This document shows, piece by piece, positions 1-10,741 of a stretch of DNA of 64,000 nt (within the stretch, counting starts at the first letter, position 1; the number at the start of each line of letters is the position of its first letter). The stretch spans positions 32,001 through 96,000 of the forward strand of contig JBGPGO010000009.1 in NCBI GenBank assembly GCA_041483895.1, written 5' to 3'. The notes below the pieces were generated by a model. That model was not told where the DNA came from, did no database searches, and saw only the letters and a list, made by a program, of their open reading frames with translations. The stretch is from Fimbriimonadia bacterium (GTDB lineage: Bacteria; Armatimonadota; Fimbriimonadia; Fimbriimonadales; JABRVX01). Position numbers and translations under genes: made by a program.

Positions 1-3000
1 TTTCGATCCACTCTCCGCGGCTGTTCGATCCGCCGTACCAATCACTGACTTGCATCTCGATTCGATCCCCATCTACCATCGCGCGCGCACACTGTTTCCC
101 ATCGGAAATCAAGCATACGCCGGGGCCGTTAGGATAACGAAGGGAAGCCCAGTTGATGTGGCGTTTCGTGCTGCGGAAATCATTGCTGCCAAGGGGAGAG
201 TTGTCCATCGACCAGCTCCACGTTGGCGGCCATTTCGGCGACTGTGGTGACATGGCAAGGGTGTCACCGTGCTGCCTCCCTATGTGGTCTGCTGGATAGA
301 CGGAGTATTCGGCGACCCGATCCCACTCCAACTCCTCACATGGGCGCGGGACCGAGAATCGCATGCCGATCTCTTTTGCGTGGAATTCCGGGCCGGAGTA
401 GGTGAATCGGGAATGCACAGTCACCTCTCCGTTTGGTTCAATCGCGATATCATATCCGCCATCGAAATGCTCGTAGGCGCCGGTTATCGAAACATGGACC
501 GCCTCGCCATCTTGCTTGATATCGAACGATTTTGGCTGCCATGTTTTATTGTTGGGAAGCGCGTCGAACGGCTTGCCGAGCGGCATAACATGCAACATGG
601 GAAGGCTGAGCAGCACGGCCTCGTCATCCACGGTTCCCCGCCTCAGCAATGCCAGGTCACGGCCAAATCCGAGGTCGAATCGGTTTCCAAAGATGTATGT
701 GGTGCTGCCATTGAGCGCGCTGACATCCTGGACGACCAGCGGTTGGGGCGCAACCGCTGCAGGTATTGGAGTCGCGATCGCGCTTCCTATGGGCAGCTTA
801 TATCGATCGATCACACGAGCTTCTTTGTCCACAAACGTCAATGAAAGCGTCTGACCCGCCTTGCCCTCTTCGGGGATAACCAATTGACCTTTCGATCGTG
901 GGGGTACGCGGGCATCTAGCGATCCCTTCTTTGAGCCGATCTCCCACAAAACAATAATCTCCGACAGATTCAAGAAATCAAATCGATTCTCCACCTCCAC
1001 TAAGAGAGGCGAACCGGTTGCGACCATCTCTTGCTTAATGACAACAGGCGAATGGAGCTTCTTTGTGTGCCAAAACTCCGGTTTTCTCCGTCGCCATCCG
1101 TCAATAACTCCCCACGGTGCATCGCCCACCAGGCCCCGTCCCGGCATCTTATATATCTCATCCGCATACTGCCCCGGCGTGTCACCTCTCCCATACTCCA
1201 ATCCCGCTCCCGGCTTACAGAAGATGTCATCCGCCCAGCACCATATTTGCGATCCCGACACAACGGGCGACTTGGCAAATCGATCATATACTGCCAGCAT
1301 TGGCTCGATGTAATAGTCCCTGATTCCCGGATCCGCCCACAGCTCCTCGTTATCTCCCCAAATACCCTGATAGATACACAGCGATTCATCCCACATCACT
1401 GGTATATGCAAGCGTTTCTCCAAATCGTCGATTTGCGGTATTGAAATCGGATTGTGACGGATGGCGATGTCCAGATCGCCGTCCCGGTGATAGGAACCAC
1501 CGAATGGACGCGACGGGTCGATCTTCTTCATCAGATCGTGCGCGCGCCAAAAACCAAACCCCATCCCGCTCTCGTTGCAGATTGACCACATAAAAACGCA
1601 TGGGTGATCGATATCCCGCGCGAGCATCTCGGCGTTCATCTGCATGATTCGGGGCGTGAGTCTCAGATCGTCCGATCCGTCCGCCCAGCAGAAGGAGCCC
1701 TCATCCTCCACATACACACCCAATTCGTCCGCGATGTCGAGCAGTTCCGGAATCGGTGGATAGTGCGAGGTGCGAAGTGCGTTGAGATTTGCCTCCTTCA
1801 TGAGCTCCAAATCCCTTCGCTCCAGTTCGGGAGACACTGCGCGCCCGAGCAGGGGATCGCTGTCGTGATGGCAGGTGCCTTTGAACTTCGCCGGCTTCCC
1901 ATTGATCAGAATTTCCGAACCTCGAACCTCCGTCTGGCGAAACCCAAATCGTTGAGTCAGCCTCTGCACAACCTGAGAGCCGCTACGCAATTCAATTGTC
2001 ATATCGTACAGATTTGGCTGTTCGGCGTTCCACTTCTTCGGCGACTTTGCGACGAACGAGATGGGAACATCGGAGCGCGCCCACGGACCGAGGGATACAT
2101 TAGCCGGTTGCATCTCCAATGATACACCAGGCACTTGAACATTAATTGTTCCAGTGACATTGCTACCAGTTTGGTTGATGACAGAAACTGTTCCACCGAC
2201 CGTTGCGTCCTGGTAGGTTTTATCAAACTTGGTTGCAAGATTCAATGCACATATATGCACGTCGGGAACGCGATACAGGATCACTTTTCGCATAATGCCA
2301 CCGAGATGGAAGTCCGCATACATGCTCATGTGATCCAGACTATCACTGACAACTGTATGTTCTGTGACACGCACTGCCACCACATTGTAGCCAGACACTA
2401 TCGAATCGGTGACATCGATTTCAAATGGCAGTGCGCCGCCCTCATGATAAGCAAGCCGATGGCCATTCACCCACACCTCGGCGCCGCTGTACACTCCATC
2501 AAATCTCAGCATCAAACGGCCGGAACCAGCCGGCGCGCGGAATCTTTTTCGATACCCCGCGATAGAGCTGGGAGAGCGATATCCCTCCATCTCCCAATGC
2601 GCGGGCACCTTGATACCAGTCCAGCCGGCATCATCATAAGAGGAACTTTCAAATCCAGTCGGCGGGTCGAGCATGAACTTCCAACTGCCGTTGAGACTCG
2701 TTACCTTCTCATCACGTCTTATGGGGTTCAAGCCATACTGCAATCCGGCCGCATCAAATTCGCGCTCTGCGCTCTTGCCTGCCGCCGTAGCTTTAACTAA
2801 CACAACGCCAGTCAGCCCAATCGGCATCGCAACGGAGAAGATGCCGAGGGAATCGCTGCGAGCCGATGCCGACCAATGGCCCGTCTTCGATTCGCCGGAC
2901 AGCATGATATCGGCGCCCTCGTTCGGGTCGCTTCCCCACTGGTCCGTCGCGATTCCGATGACATTCCCATGCGCATCAGAGGCGATCTGTACGAACGGTT

Positions 3001-3463
3001 TTGTCACACGCGGCATCTGATAGACCTCGACCTCGGTAAAGCTCGGGCCGTTCGTGATGTTGCCGATCCGCAGACGCGACGTCTTGACCGGATCGAATTC
3101 CGAGACGACGACGCGCGGAAGATGAACATTCGGTTTGCCGTGGTGCTGGACGGTAACCCACTGCTCGTTCCGCCAAATCTGCACATCCAGCTCGATCACG
3201 AATCGGTCGTATTGGTGCAAGATAACTTGGCCGATTGAGACCGGCTTGTCCCAATCCAATTGGTACCAAACGCCGGAGTTGTGGCCGGGAATCCCGGACC
3301 AGCGCGTGTCGTACCGCCCGTCAATCGCCAGTTCCGGGACGTAGTTATCCTGGGTTTCCGATGCGGTGGCTTTGGCGTGGAGAGCGAGATTTTCCGAGTC
3401 GGCGAAGGTGTGCATTGAGGCGCCTCCCAATAGCAGCAGGCAGGTGAGTCGGTATAGGTTCAT
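1..3463 (-). CDS. Secreted glycoside hydrolase family 2 (beta-galactosidase-like) with N-terminal F5/8 type C (CBM32-like) domain; 3' end runs off the window
   Basis: Absent from the ORF track because it has no stop in the window. Manual minus-strand translation from ATG 3463 gives signal peptide MNLYRLTCLLLLGGASM, then NLALHAKATAS..AIDGRYDTRWS, and GH2 motifs DLELMKEANLNALRTSHYPP, RDIDHPCVFMWSICNES and VENRFDFLNL. Confidence 0.88.
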   Translation of the reverse strand, partial: MNLYRLTCLLLLGGASMHTFADSENLALHAKATASETQDNYVPELAIDGRYDTRWSGIPGHNSGVWYQLDWDKPVSIGQVILHQYDRFVIELDVQIWRNEQWVTVQHHGKPNVHLPRVVVSEFDPVKTSRLRIGNITNGPSFTEVEVYQMPRVTKPFVQIASDAHGNVIGIATDQWGSDPNEGADIMLSGESKTGHWSASARSDSLGIFSVAMPIGLTGVVLVKATAAGKSAEREFDAAGLQYGLNPIRRDEKVTSLNGSWKFMLDPPTGFESSSYDDAGWTGIKVPAHWEMEGYRSPSSIAGYRKRFRAPAGSGRLMLRFDGVYSGAEVWVNGHRLAYHEGGALPFEIDVTDSIVSGYNVVAVRVTEHTVVSDSLDHMSMYADFHLGGIMRKVILYRVPDVHICALNLATKFDKTYQDATVGGTVSVINQTGSNVTGTINVQVPGVSLEMQPANVSLGPWARSDVPISFVAKSPKKWNAEQPNLYDMTIELRSGSQVVQRLTQRFGFRQTEVRGSEILINGKPAKFKGTCHHDSDPLLGRAVSPELERRDLELMKEANLNALRTSHYPPIPELLDIADELGVYVEDEGSFCWADGSDDLRLTPRIMQMNAEMLARDIDHPCVFMWSICNESGMGFGFWRAHDLMKKIDPSRPFGGSYHRDGDLDIAIRHNPISIPQIDDLEKRLHIPVMWDESLCIYQGIWGDNEELWADPGIRDYYIEPMLAVYDRFAKSPVVSGSQIWCWADDIFCKPGAGLEYGRGDTPGQYADEIYKMPGRGLVGDAPWGVIDGWRRRKPEFWHTKKLHSPVVIKQEMVATGSPLLVEVENRFDFLNLSEIIVLWEIGSKKGSLDARVPPRSKGQLVIPEEGKAGQTLSLTFVDKEARVIDRYKLPIGSAIATPIPAAVAPQPLVVQDVSALNGSTTYIFGNRFDLGFGRDLALLRRGTVDDEAVLLSLPMLHVMPLGKPFDALPNNKTWQPKSFDIKQDGEAVHVSITGAYEHFDGGYDIAIEPNGEVTVHSRFTYSGPEFHAKEIGMRFSVPRPCEELEWDRVAEYSVYPADHIGRQHGDTLAMSPQSPKWPPTWSWSMDNSPLGSNDFRSTKRHINWASLRYPNGPGVCLISDGKQCARAMVDGDRIEMQVSDWYGGSNSRGEWIE

Positions 3464-3547
3464 CGCGCAACCCTTTCGACGTCGCTATCTGCTCCACCTT
3501 TTCTTTGGCCGGGCAGGAACAAACGGAACCTCGGAGAAACATGGTTC

Positions 3548-5356
3548 ATGTCCGTCTGGGTCCTTCTCTCGCTCCTGCTGCTTGCCGCGCCGGTCCGCAC
3601 GGTCACGGTTTCCAAGCGGTTCCTCATGTTCCCCGTACGGCCGGGCGCGCCGAAAGTCCGGATGGCGCTATCCGTAGAAGGGGTTTCGGTGGACGATTTT
3701 GATTTGGAGCTTGACGCGGCTGCGCCGGCGAACTGGATGGCGTTCGATGTGGGGCGGTGGCGCGGGCAGAAGGTCGCTCTGACGGGAGACGGGGTCGAGG
3801 CGATCAAGGAAGCGGACGAGATTCCGAATCTGTATCATGAGGCGCTGCGTCCGCAATTCCACTTTTCCGCGCGGCGGGGATGGCTGAACGATCCGAACGG
3901 GTTGGTTTTCGCGAACGGTGAGTATCATCTGTTCTTTCAGCACAATCCGTTCGGCACGTCGTGGGGGAATATGCATTGGGGGCACGCGATCAGCAAGGAC
4001 CTGGTGCACTGGGTTGAGCAGCCCGAAGCGATTTTTCCGCATTCGTTGGAAGACGGCATTTGGTCTGGCAGCGCGGTGGTGGATACGGATAACACGGCGG
4101 GATTTGGCAAGGGGGCGATGGTGGCTGCGTTCGCGAGTCCGGTACGGGGGGAGTGTATCGCCTATATGCCAAAAAGCCCTCCTTCTTCTTCTCGCCCACC
4201 GCGAACTTTGGCCTTGAACTCCCTCCCCCGCTTGCGGGGGAGGGGTGGGGTCGGGGATCTCTCGGAAAGCCCTCCCCTTTTTTCAGGCGGCAGCCTGGAA
4301 AAGGGGGAGGGTGGGGTGGGGGTTAATTCCGACCGCTTCATTGAATACCCCGGCAATCCGGTCGTAAAGCATGTCGGCCGCGATCCGAAGGTGATATGGT
4401 ATGCGCCGGAAAAGAAATGGGCGATGGCGGTATACGACGAGCGCGATGGGAGTCATGGAATCGCTTTCTATGATTCCCATGACTTAAAGTCATGGAACTA
4501 TCTCAGCCGCATTGATGGATTCTATGAGTGCCCGGAGCTATTTGAGATACCATTGGATGGTAACAAGAAAAATACAAAGTGGGTGATCTACGCGGGGGAT
4601 GGGGCCTATCGCGTCGGCAAATTCGACGGTCATGCATTCACTCCGGAAACAGAGAAGATTCCCCTCGCGCACGGACAGACGTTTTACGCCTCCCAAACAT
4701 ACAATGGCATCCCCGCCAAGGACGGCCGGCGCATACAGATCGCATGGGGCCGCATCGATTTCCCCGGCATGCCGTTCAACCAGCAGATGCTGTTCCCCGT
4801 CTCCCTCACCCTCCACACCACGCCATCCGGCCCACGCCTTTTCGCATATCCCGTGAAAGAGATCGAGAAACTGTGGGGACCGGCGATGGACTTGAAGAAG
4901 ATGCGCTGGGGTTCACGTCCGGCAATCCCTGCCGATCGCGAGAACCAAAGACCCCTGCGCGATGAACTGACCGTCACACCCGACCACCCGCTGGAGATTC
5001 CCCTACCCTCTCGCCAATTAGACATCAGCCTGACGATCGACCTCGATACCTCGGCCTCCGTCACCATCACTCCCTTCGGCGTCCCGATCACCTACGACGG
5101 CAAATCGATTGAGTGCAGCGGCGTTCGAGCACCATTGGCTCCAGAGCCAGCCTCGCCCCGCCTCACCCTTCGCCTCCTCATCGACACGATGTCCATCGAA
5201 GTCTTCGCCGGCGACGGACAGGTCTACCTCCCTCTCGCAGCAAATTTGACGGGCGCGACCACAACTCTCGGCATTCACAGCAGCGCGCAATCAACAATGA
5301 CAAATCTAACGATTCGTGCGCTGAAATCCACCTGGTTCAGGCAATCAGCAGATTAG
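3548..5356 (+). CDS. Glycoside hydrolase family 32 (levanase / beta-fructosidase) carrying an in-frame repeat insertion
   Basis: WLNDPNGL, WSGSAV, RDPKV and YECPEL catalytic motifs; N-terminal signal peptide. Confidence 0.92.
   Translation: MSVWVLLSLLLLAAPVRTVTVSKRFLMFPVRPGAPKVRMALSVEGVSVDDFDLELDAAAPANWMAFDVGRWRGQKVALTGDGVEAIKEADEIPNLYHEALRPQFHFSARRGWLNDPNGLVFANGEYHLFFQHNPFGTSWGNMHWGHAISKDLVHWVEQPEAIFPHSLEDGIWSGSAVVDTDNTAGFGKGAMVAAFASPVRGECIAYMPKSPPSSSRPPRTLALNSLPRLRGRGGVGDLSESPPLFSGGSLEKGEGGVGVNSDRFIEYPGNPVVKHVGRDPKVIWYAPEKKWAMAVYDERDGSHGIAFYDSHDLKSWNYLSRIDGFYECPELFEIPLDGNKKNTKWVIYAGDGAYRVGKFDGHAFTPETEKIPLAHGQTFYASQTYNGIPAKDGRRIQIAWGRIDFPGMPFNQQMLFPVSLTLHTTPSGPRLFAYPVKEIEKLWGPAMDLKKMRWGSRPAIPADRENQRPLRDELTVTPDHPLEIPLPSRQLDISLTIDLDTSASVTITPFGVPITYDGKSIECSGVRAPLAPEPASPRLTLRLLIDTMSIEVFAGDGQVYLPLAANLTGATTTLGIHSSAQSTMTNLTIRALKSTWFRQSAD
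4219..4324. repeat. Two GC-rich palindromic elements (type A 4219-4256, type B 4266-4324) inside the GH32 CDS
   Basis: Hairpins CCCTCCCCCGCTTGCGGGGGAGGG and CCCTCCCCTTTTTTCAGGC-GGCA-GCCTGGAAAAGGGGGAGGG, each followed by a G-rich tail. Confidence 0.85.
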
Positions 5357-5371
5357 CCCGTCCCAGTGCAA

Positions 5372-7732
5372 TTAGCCGCCGCCTTCCTGATCCTTCACCT
5401 TTTGTTCGTATCTGGCAATCTCGTCTAGGACATTCTTCGGCGGCTTCGAGATGCTCCATTTTGAGCCCGGAATCAGATTGTAGTAAGCCAAAGTAATCGG
5501 AAAGCCCGCTCCATCGCCTAAGGTAATTTGAAACGTGTACTCATGCGCGTCAAAACGCCTAAACTCAAGCTTCGGTTTGACATCCCAATCATCGTAAGCG
5601 ATCACTCGTTTGGCCTTTACATCGTTAGCAAAATTGTACAGATCGTAAATCTCCCAATTCAACACTTCGTCGTCATCACCCATTGTCAACATCGCATACC
5701 CTGAGTAATTCCAATGAGACAGACGGATCCCTGACTGCGTATCCTCGGATGGCATAGGTGGCTCTCGCTCCCCCCACTGGCGAGAATCAAAATTGGTGCG
5801 GAAACCACCCCCAAAGTCGGTTGAATTCTTCAGTGCAAGTAGCCGCAACTGCGACTTTCTTGGCAACTCGTTGAAGGATACCCATTCGCCGGCGAGCAAT
5901 TTCGACTTAAACTGGTTTGAAATCTCATGCCACACTCGAAGCATCTCGCGCGAGGCGCCGTGGAGAAACGGAAACTCGTTCGGATGGCCTCGACCAGGCA
6001 AGAAGTTGGTGCGTGGAGCGAATTGCTCCTCTGTTGTCATTGCGGCCAGCCGACCCAGCTTGTCCAACGAAACCGCGCCTTTGCCTACCGTCAGCTTACA
6101 GATATCGATCAGTGCGGCACGCGGTACCTGTGCCCTTCGCAATATCGGCCAGTTCTCGCTCCGAATCGATAGCCATCCGTCACGAAGTTCACACTTCGCA
6201 GGGACTCCCTGTCGGATGGCATCCAGGTAGGCGCCAACGGTTTTGGCAGCAGGAGGAGAATCATATGATGCGATGGAGGTCCCTCTGGGCATCTGCTTAT
6301 TGTTGTTCCCCCAATCATCGAACGCATCAGAAATCAAACAACATCCAGCCGACTTCGCAACAGCAATTCGAAGCGGAGCTTCGGTCCAGTTCAATGGATC
6401 ATCCTCACCGATCATTGCCAGCCTCAGGTTCCATGCCGAGTTGCGGACCTTGTCGTCGGCGGAATCTTCACCGCGCAAGGGCTGAGGAAGTTGGACTGAT
6501 TTGCCAAGAACTGGATCGCTGGAGTAGTCCTTCGGTTTTCCGGCATTGGGATCCCAGCGGAGTTCCTTCGGGTACCCCTCGCCGGTCCGAAGCCAATTGA
6601 GATGTCTTTCATATTTTGCAAACGGCAAGTCCCAGAAGTGATCCCGAAAGGCAACATCACGTCCATTCGAATCGCTGGCAATCACGAAAGCGTCTAACCC
6701 CTGTGGAGCTGGTCCGGAGGTAAAACTCAGGTAGTTGGGCTTGAGATGCTCTGTTACACCGTTCGCAACCACCAACCGGACCGACGCTATCGATTCAGGT
6801 GCTGGCAGATTTCGCGAATCCGCAAAAAGCCCTGGCTGTGAGCTGAAGTCCGGCACCATTGCAATGCGGATTTGACGGTCGGTAGTTTGGTCATCGTTAA
6901 GCATGAACGGACGGCTGGAACCGACCTCGAGCTTCTCTCTCAACCAAGCGCGAGTTTTTTCCAAGAACGCAGATGGCAACGGCAGGTCTTCGCCGCGAGG
7001 TTTAGTGCTAAACGTGATGGATTGACCGACCACAAGACGGCGCCAAACACCAATTGGTTGGCCAGCGATGAACCTTGCGACTTCCAACCGATCGGGTGCA
7101 ATTTCGTATCCAATAGACATGTGCCAAGAACCTGAATGCATGTCATTTCCGTTTGGGCTGTCGTGCACAGCGTTCTTGCTGCCACCCTCCAACCACTCTA
7201 CGTACAATGCCTTCAGCTTGGCGACGTCTTCCTCGGTCAAGAGCGCTGTCTTGCGAAAACTGTCACGCAAGTCCTGGCTAGGTTGCGCGTAAAGACTAGT
7301 TAGCAACTGAGCCTCATAATCCGCACTTATCTTGGGCTGAAAGAGCTCATAACTAGCTGGACCGATCTGTCGCCATTCCAAATTGAAATGCTCCGCGAAT
7401 TTGTTCAGAAATTCCGCGTAGGTCTTATCCGTGATGGAGGCGATTGACATGTCCTGAGCGTATGCATCAGTGACCGTTAGATGAACGCCAGTTCGCTTCG
7501 AAATATCCGCGAGCAGATCGGTGAAGCTGATCGCCAAATAATCATGGCTGAACTTTGTCTCCAGCCGAGTGTCGTCAAATTTGAATGGGCTGTACTTCGG
7601 GAGCGGAGGGGGAGGTTTCAGCGGCGCATCGTCTAATATGACCGGTTGCTGTGGGCCGCCCAGCACCTGGGTCGGAGGCACTGAGCATCCGATTAGATAT
7701 GCCAACCCGATGCCTATTGACAGCTTTAGCAT
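5372..7732 (-). CDS. Hypothetical exported protein, possible lipoprotein (786 aa)
   Basis: Long ORF; N-terminus MLKLSIGIGLAYLIGC resembles a lipobox; weak STN-like segment (SFTDLLADISKRTGVHL). Confidence 0.7.
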   Translation of the reverse strand: MLKLSIGIGLAYLIGCSVPPTQVLGGPQQPVILDDAPLKPPPPLPKYSPFKFDDTRLETKFSHDYLAISFTDLLADISKRTGVHLTVTDAYAQDMSIASITDKTYAEFLNKFAEHFNLEWRQIGPASYELFQPKISADYEAQLLTSLYAQPSQDLRDSFRKTALLTEEDVAKLKALYVEWLEGGSKNAVHDSPNGNDMHSGSWHMSIGYEIAPDRLEVARFIAGQPIGVWRRLVVGQSITFSTKPRGEDLPLPSAFLEKTRAWLREKLEVGSSRPFMLNDDQTTDRQIRIAMVPDFSSQPGLFADSRNLPAPESIASVRLVVANGVTEHLKPNYLSFTSGPAPQGLDAFVIASDSNGRDVAFRDHFWDLPFAKYERHLNWLRTGEGYPKELRWDPNAGKPKDYSSDPVLGKSVQLPQPLRGEDSADDKVRNSAWNLRLAMIGEDDPLNWTEAPLRIAVAKSAGCCLISDAFDDWGNNNKQMPRGTSIASYDSPPAAKTVGAYLDAIRQGVPAKCELRDGWLSIRSENWPILRRAQVPRAALIDICKLTVGKGAVSLDKLGRLAAMTTEEQFAPRTNFLPGRGHPNEFPFLHGASREMLRVWHEISNQFKSKLLAGEWVSFNELPRKSQLRLLALKNSTDFGGGFRTNFDSRQWGEREPPMPSEDTQSGIRLSHWNYSGYAMLTMGDDDEVLNWEIYDLYNFANDVKAKRVIAYDDWDVKPKLEFRRFDAHEYTFQITLGDGAGFPITLAYYNLIPGSKWSISKPPKNVLDEIARYEQKVKDQEGGG

Positions 7733-7801
7733 AGCTTCACCTCGACAAGTTGTAACTGTTGTACCATGAGATTGACGGACGGGCGGCAGGTTTGGTGCTG
7801 C

Positions 7802-7935
7802 TTAGGCTGGTTCAACGCAAACAATTCCATACGACCGCAACGCCGCTTCGAACAGCCTGTGGGATGCGACCTCCTCGGCGGGGGTGGCGCTTTCCGGCGC
7901 AAAAGGACCCTTCCACCCAACCTCCAAACCCTCAA
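7802..7935 (-). pseudogene. Diverged duplicate of the 3' end of the neighbouring Gfo/Idh/MocA gene
   Basis: ATPAEEVASHRLFEAALRS here versus ATPAETVASHRLFDAALQS in the 8194-9360 gene. Confidence 0.75.
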
Positions 7936-8193
7936 AAAGCCTAAAATGTAGACAAAAGTCGATATGTTCTGGTACAGTCCATTTAATGCGGACAGGCACC
8001 GGTCAATAATAAAACCTAGTCATTTATGACTATCATCCGGAACGAAAAGGATAGAACACTGCCTCACAAGTGTGGGAACGTCTAGAACGGGGTTCCGGGT
8101 TTCGGGAGTGGTGGTCGCTGTCAACGGGCTTATCCCGAGCGAATGCGAGGGATCAGACCGGTTCCGGCCACACTTTCCTATCTCAATGCGATC

Positions 8194-9360
8194 TCATAGA
8201 GGCGCGACCGTCTGTTCTTTTTCCGACTGCAAAGCCGCATCGAATAATCGGTGGGAGGCGACAGTCTCGGCGGGGGTGGCGCAGGAGAAACGGTTCTCTA
8301 ATAGTCCTTCGCGTTCTAATGCGAAAGCGCCCCACATCTGCAGGATGCAGTCGGGGAAGCCAAACTCAAAGATGCCGCCGGTGATCGTGGGCAGGACCGA
8401 CTCGTGGCCCAGGTCGGTGCGGGTCCAGCCCCCGCTGGAAAGAAAAGAAAGCTCTCCCATTTTTTCAGGCGCTAGCCTGGTAAAGGGGGAGGGTTGGGTG
8501 GGGGTTCCGGCAACCTCTGTCGTGCAAAGTCCCCACGTCCACAACGTCTTCGGCTCTTTGGTAGAAAAGCGCGCGGCGCCTTCGGTGCCATAGAATTCGA
8601 TGTACCACGTATCCGTTTCGCCGGGCGCCATGCGCTTCATCTCCAGCCGCATCGGCACGTCGTCTTGCACGGTGGTCGTGAGGATCGCATTGTCCCACGT
8701 GTCGCACTTTCCGCCGGGTCGCTCGGTGAATCCCTTCTGCAACTGCGCGAAAACGCTTGTAGGCGCGAGGCCGAGGCGGAGCGGGATGTGCGTCACGTGC
8801 AGACCCAGATCGCCCATCACCCCGATCTCGCCGCAGGTCGCCGATTGCCGCTTCCAATTTGCGGGCTTGTTCGGGTCCAAATCGCTGGAATGCAGGAACC
8901 CGGCGCGAACCTCTAGCAGTCGTCCATACGCGCCCGATTGAAACGCCCGAATCACCCGCTGCGCACCGGGAAAAAACGGAAACTCCGACGATACACGCAC
9001 GAACCGTTTGCCGATCGCCGCCTCGATGCGAGTGGCCGCGGCGAGGTCGATGCCGAACGGTTTTTCCGCCAGCATGTCTTTCCCCGCCGCCAACACGTCC
9101 AAATAGATCTGTTCGTGCAAATGATGCGGCACAGCGACGTAAACGACATCGACCTCTTTCAGGTCCAACAGCTCGCGATAGTCGGCGAAAAAATGCCGTA
9201 CGGTGGGGACGTTGCGGAACCATTCGCGGCGTTTGTCATCTGTGTCGCAAACGGCGATCAGCTCCGCCTTCACCGGCAGATCGGTGAGGGCGAACCAGCG
9301 TCCAAATGCGCTCGCCACCTCCCGACCCATCAGCCCCCCGCCGATGATGCCGACTTTCAT
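8194..9360 (-). CDS. Gfo/Idh/MocA family oxidoreductase
   Basis: GIIGGGLMG Rossmann motif, AVPHHLH, AEKP, DLGLH. Confidence 0.92.
   Translation of the reverse strand: MKVGIIGGGLMGREVASAFGRWFALTDLPVKAELIAVCDTDDKRREWFRNVPTVRHFFADYRELLDLKEVDVVYVAVPHHLHEQIYLDVLAAGKDMLAEKPFGIDLAAATRIEAAIGKRFVRVSSEFPFFPGAQRVIRAFQSGAYGRLLEVRAGFLHSSDLDPNKPANWKRQSATCGEIGVMGDLGLHVTHIPLRLGLAPTSVFAQLQKGFTERPGGKCDTWDNAILTTTVQDDVPMRLEMKRMAPGETDTWYIEFYGTEGAARFSTKEPKTLWTWGLCTTEVAGTPTQPSPFTRLAPEKMGELSFLSSGGWTRTDLGHESVLPTITGGIFEFGFPDCILQMWGAFALEREGLLENRFSCATPAETVASHRLFDAALQSEKEQTVAPL
8448..8506. repeat. Type B palindromic element inside the oxidoreductase CDS
   Basis: 53/59 nt identical to 4266-4324 by manual alignment. Confidence 0.88.
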
Positions 9361-10181
9361 AGATGCTTCGCCGCCTCTTCCGCCGTCGCGCCATCGTGCA
9401 CGATAGACATCAGAGCGCGCGTCACCCCGAACGGATTCTTATGCTGTATGATGTTGCGCCCATACACAATCCCCGCCGCGCCCTGCTCGATAAGCGCCTC
9501 CGTCCGCGACAGAATCTCAGCGTCCGTCGCCTTCCCGCCGCCCCGCACCAGCACCGGGACGCGGGCGATGCGGACAACCTCATGATACAGGCTCACGTCG
9601 TCGGTCGGGTCGGCCTTGATCACGTCCGCGCCCAGCTCCACCGCCTGGCGCACCAGGGGCAGAATTTTCTCCAGGTCGCCGTCCACCATGTACCCGCCCT
9701 TCTCGGCGTTGGGGCGAAAGACGAGCGGCTCGATCATCAGCGGCATGGCGTATCGGTCGCACAGGGGCTTTAGGCGCAGGATGTTTTGGATGCATTGGTC
9801 GGCGACTTCGGCATGGTCGGGGATTCTAAATAGGTTAACTACGACGCAGGCCGCATCGAGACGGAGCGCCTGCTCCACCGGGTCCTCGATCATTCTTGAA
9901 AATAGCGTCTTCGGCAGTTCTGTCCCATACACGTTGGCGATATCCGTCCGCAACACCAGCCCCGGCTTGTCCCTGCCGGGGACCTCCTGCAATAACCCAG
10001 CCTGACCCACAGTCAACTGAATGGCATCCGGGGCGGCCTTCACCAGCACCTCGACGCAACTCTTGAGGTCCTCGATGCCGGTCAGAAACGCGCGCTCGTT
10101 GAAGAACCCATGGTCCACCGCGACATCGAAGCAGCGCCCCGAGACGGGACTAAAGAGACGATTGAGTCGATACGATTTCAC
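9357..10181 (-). CDS. Class I aldolase (DhnA/LsrF-type fructose-bisphosphate aldolase family)
   Basis: YRLNRLF..DVAVDHG, ELGADVIKAD (Schiff-base Lys), GIVYGRNI. GTG start at 10181 is preferred over the ORF-track start 10247. The stop overlaps the oxidoreductase ATG. Confidence 0.88.
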   Translation of the reverse strand: MKSYRLNRLFSPVSGRCFDVAVDHGFFNERAFLTGIEDLKSCVEVLVKAAPDAIQLTVGQAGLLQEVPGRDKPGLVLRTDIANVYGTELPKTLFSRMIEDPVEQALRLDAACVVVNLFRIPDHAEVADQCIQNILRLKPLCDRYAMPLMIEPLVFRPNAEKGGYMVDGDLEKILPLVRQAVELGADVIKADPTDDVSLYHEVVRIARVPVLVRGGGKATDAEILSRTEALIEQGAAGIVYGRNIIQHKNPFGVTRALMSIVHDGATAEEAAKHL

Positions 10182-10224
10182 ACAAGGAAGATTCGCGAAG
10201 CGATGATAGTTCTCCTTGGTCCGC

Positions 10225-10677
10225 CTATTGTCCAGGTTTCCCCGCAATCCTCTCGAGACTCGCCTCGATCTTCTTGATATGCTCCATCAGCAGTTGGATC
10301 TCCGACTCCGCGCGTACGTTGACTTCGTAGTCGTTTTGGGCGCGGAGTTCCGCGTGGCGGCCTTGGAGGTTCTGCCCCACCATCAGCAACGGCATCAGCA
10401 GGATTTGAATCATGTTCGAAATGAACAGCCAAAAGACAAAGGCGGTCGGCGGATCGAATTGCATGCTCTTCGGCGCAAGCAGGTTCCAGCCGAGCCAGAT
10501 CACCGTCCATGCCGCGATGGCGAGAAAGAACCCCATCGTGCCCACGTGGCTGGTAATGAAAAGCGCGACGTGGTCCATGCGGCTCAATTCCTGCTGATGT
10601 TCCTGGAACACATTCCGCAGCGGCGGGTGTTGGGCGCGCAGTTCCTCCAGCGTCAACGGCTTGTCGGTTGTTGCCAT
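10225..10677 (-). CDS. DUF1003 family membrane protein
   Basis: Two transmembrane segments with FDPP..F..L...Q..LMPLLMVGQN...AELRAQNDYEVNVRAE. Confidence 0.85.
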   Translation of the reverse strand: MATTDKPLTLEELRAQHPPLRNVFQEHQQELSRMDHVALFITSHVGTMGFFLAIAAWTVIWLGWNLLAPKSMQFDPPTAFVFWLFISNMIQILLMPLLMVGQNLQGRHAELRAQNDYEVNVRAESEIQLLMEHIKKIEASLERIAGKPGQ

Positions 10678-10741
10678 TCTTTGGCCTCCGGATATTGGAT
10701 TGCCTGGAATTCTATCCTAGTTAAGGGTCACAATTCTTCCC

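Noticed and set aside
50..3447. Numerous plus-strand ORFs (e.g. 269-844, 2135-2800)
   Set aside because: Antisense shadows of the long minus-strand GH2 gene.
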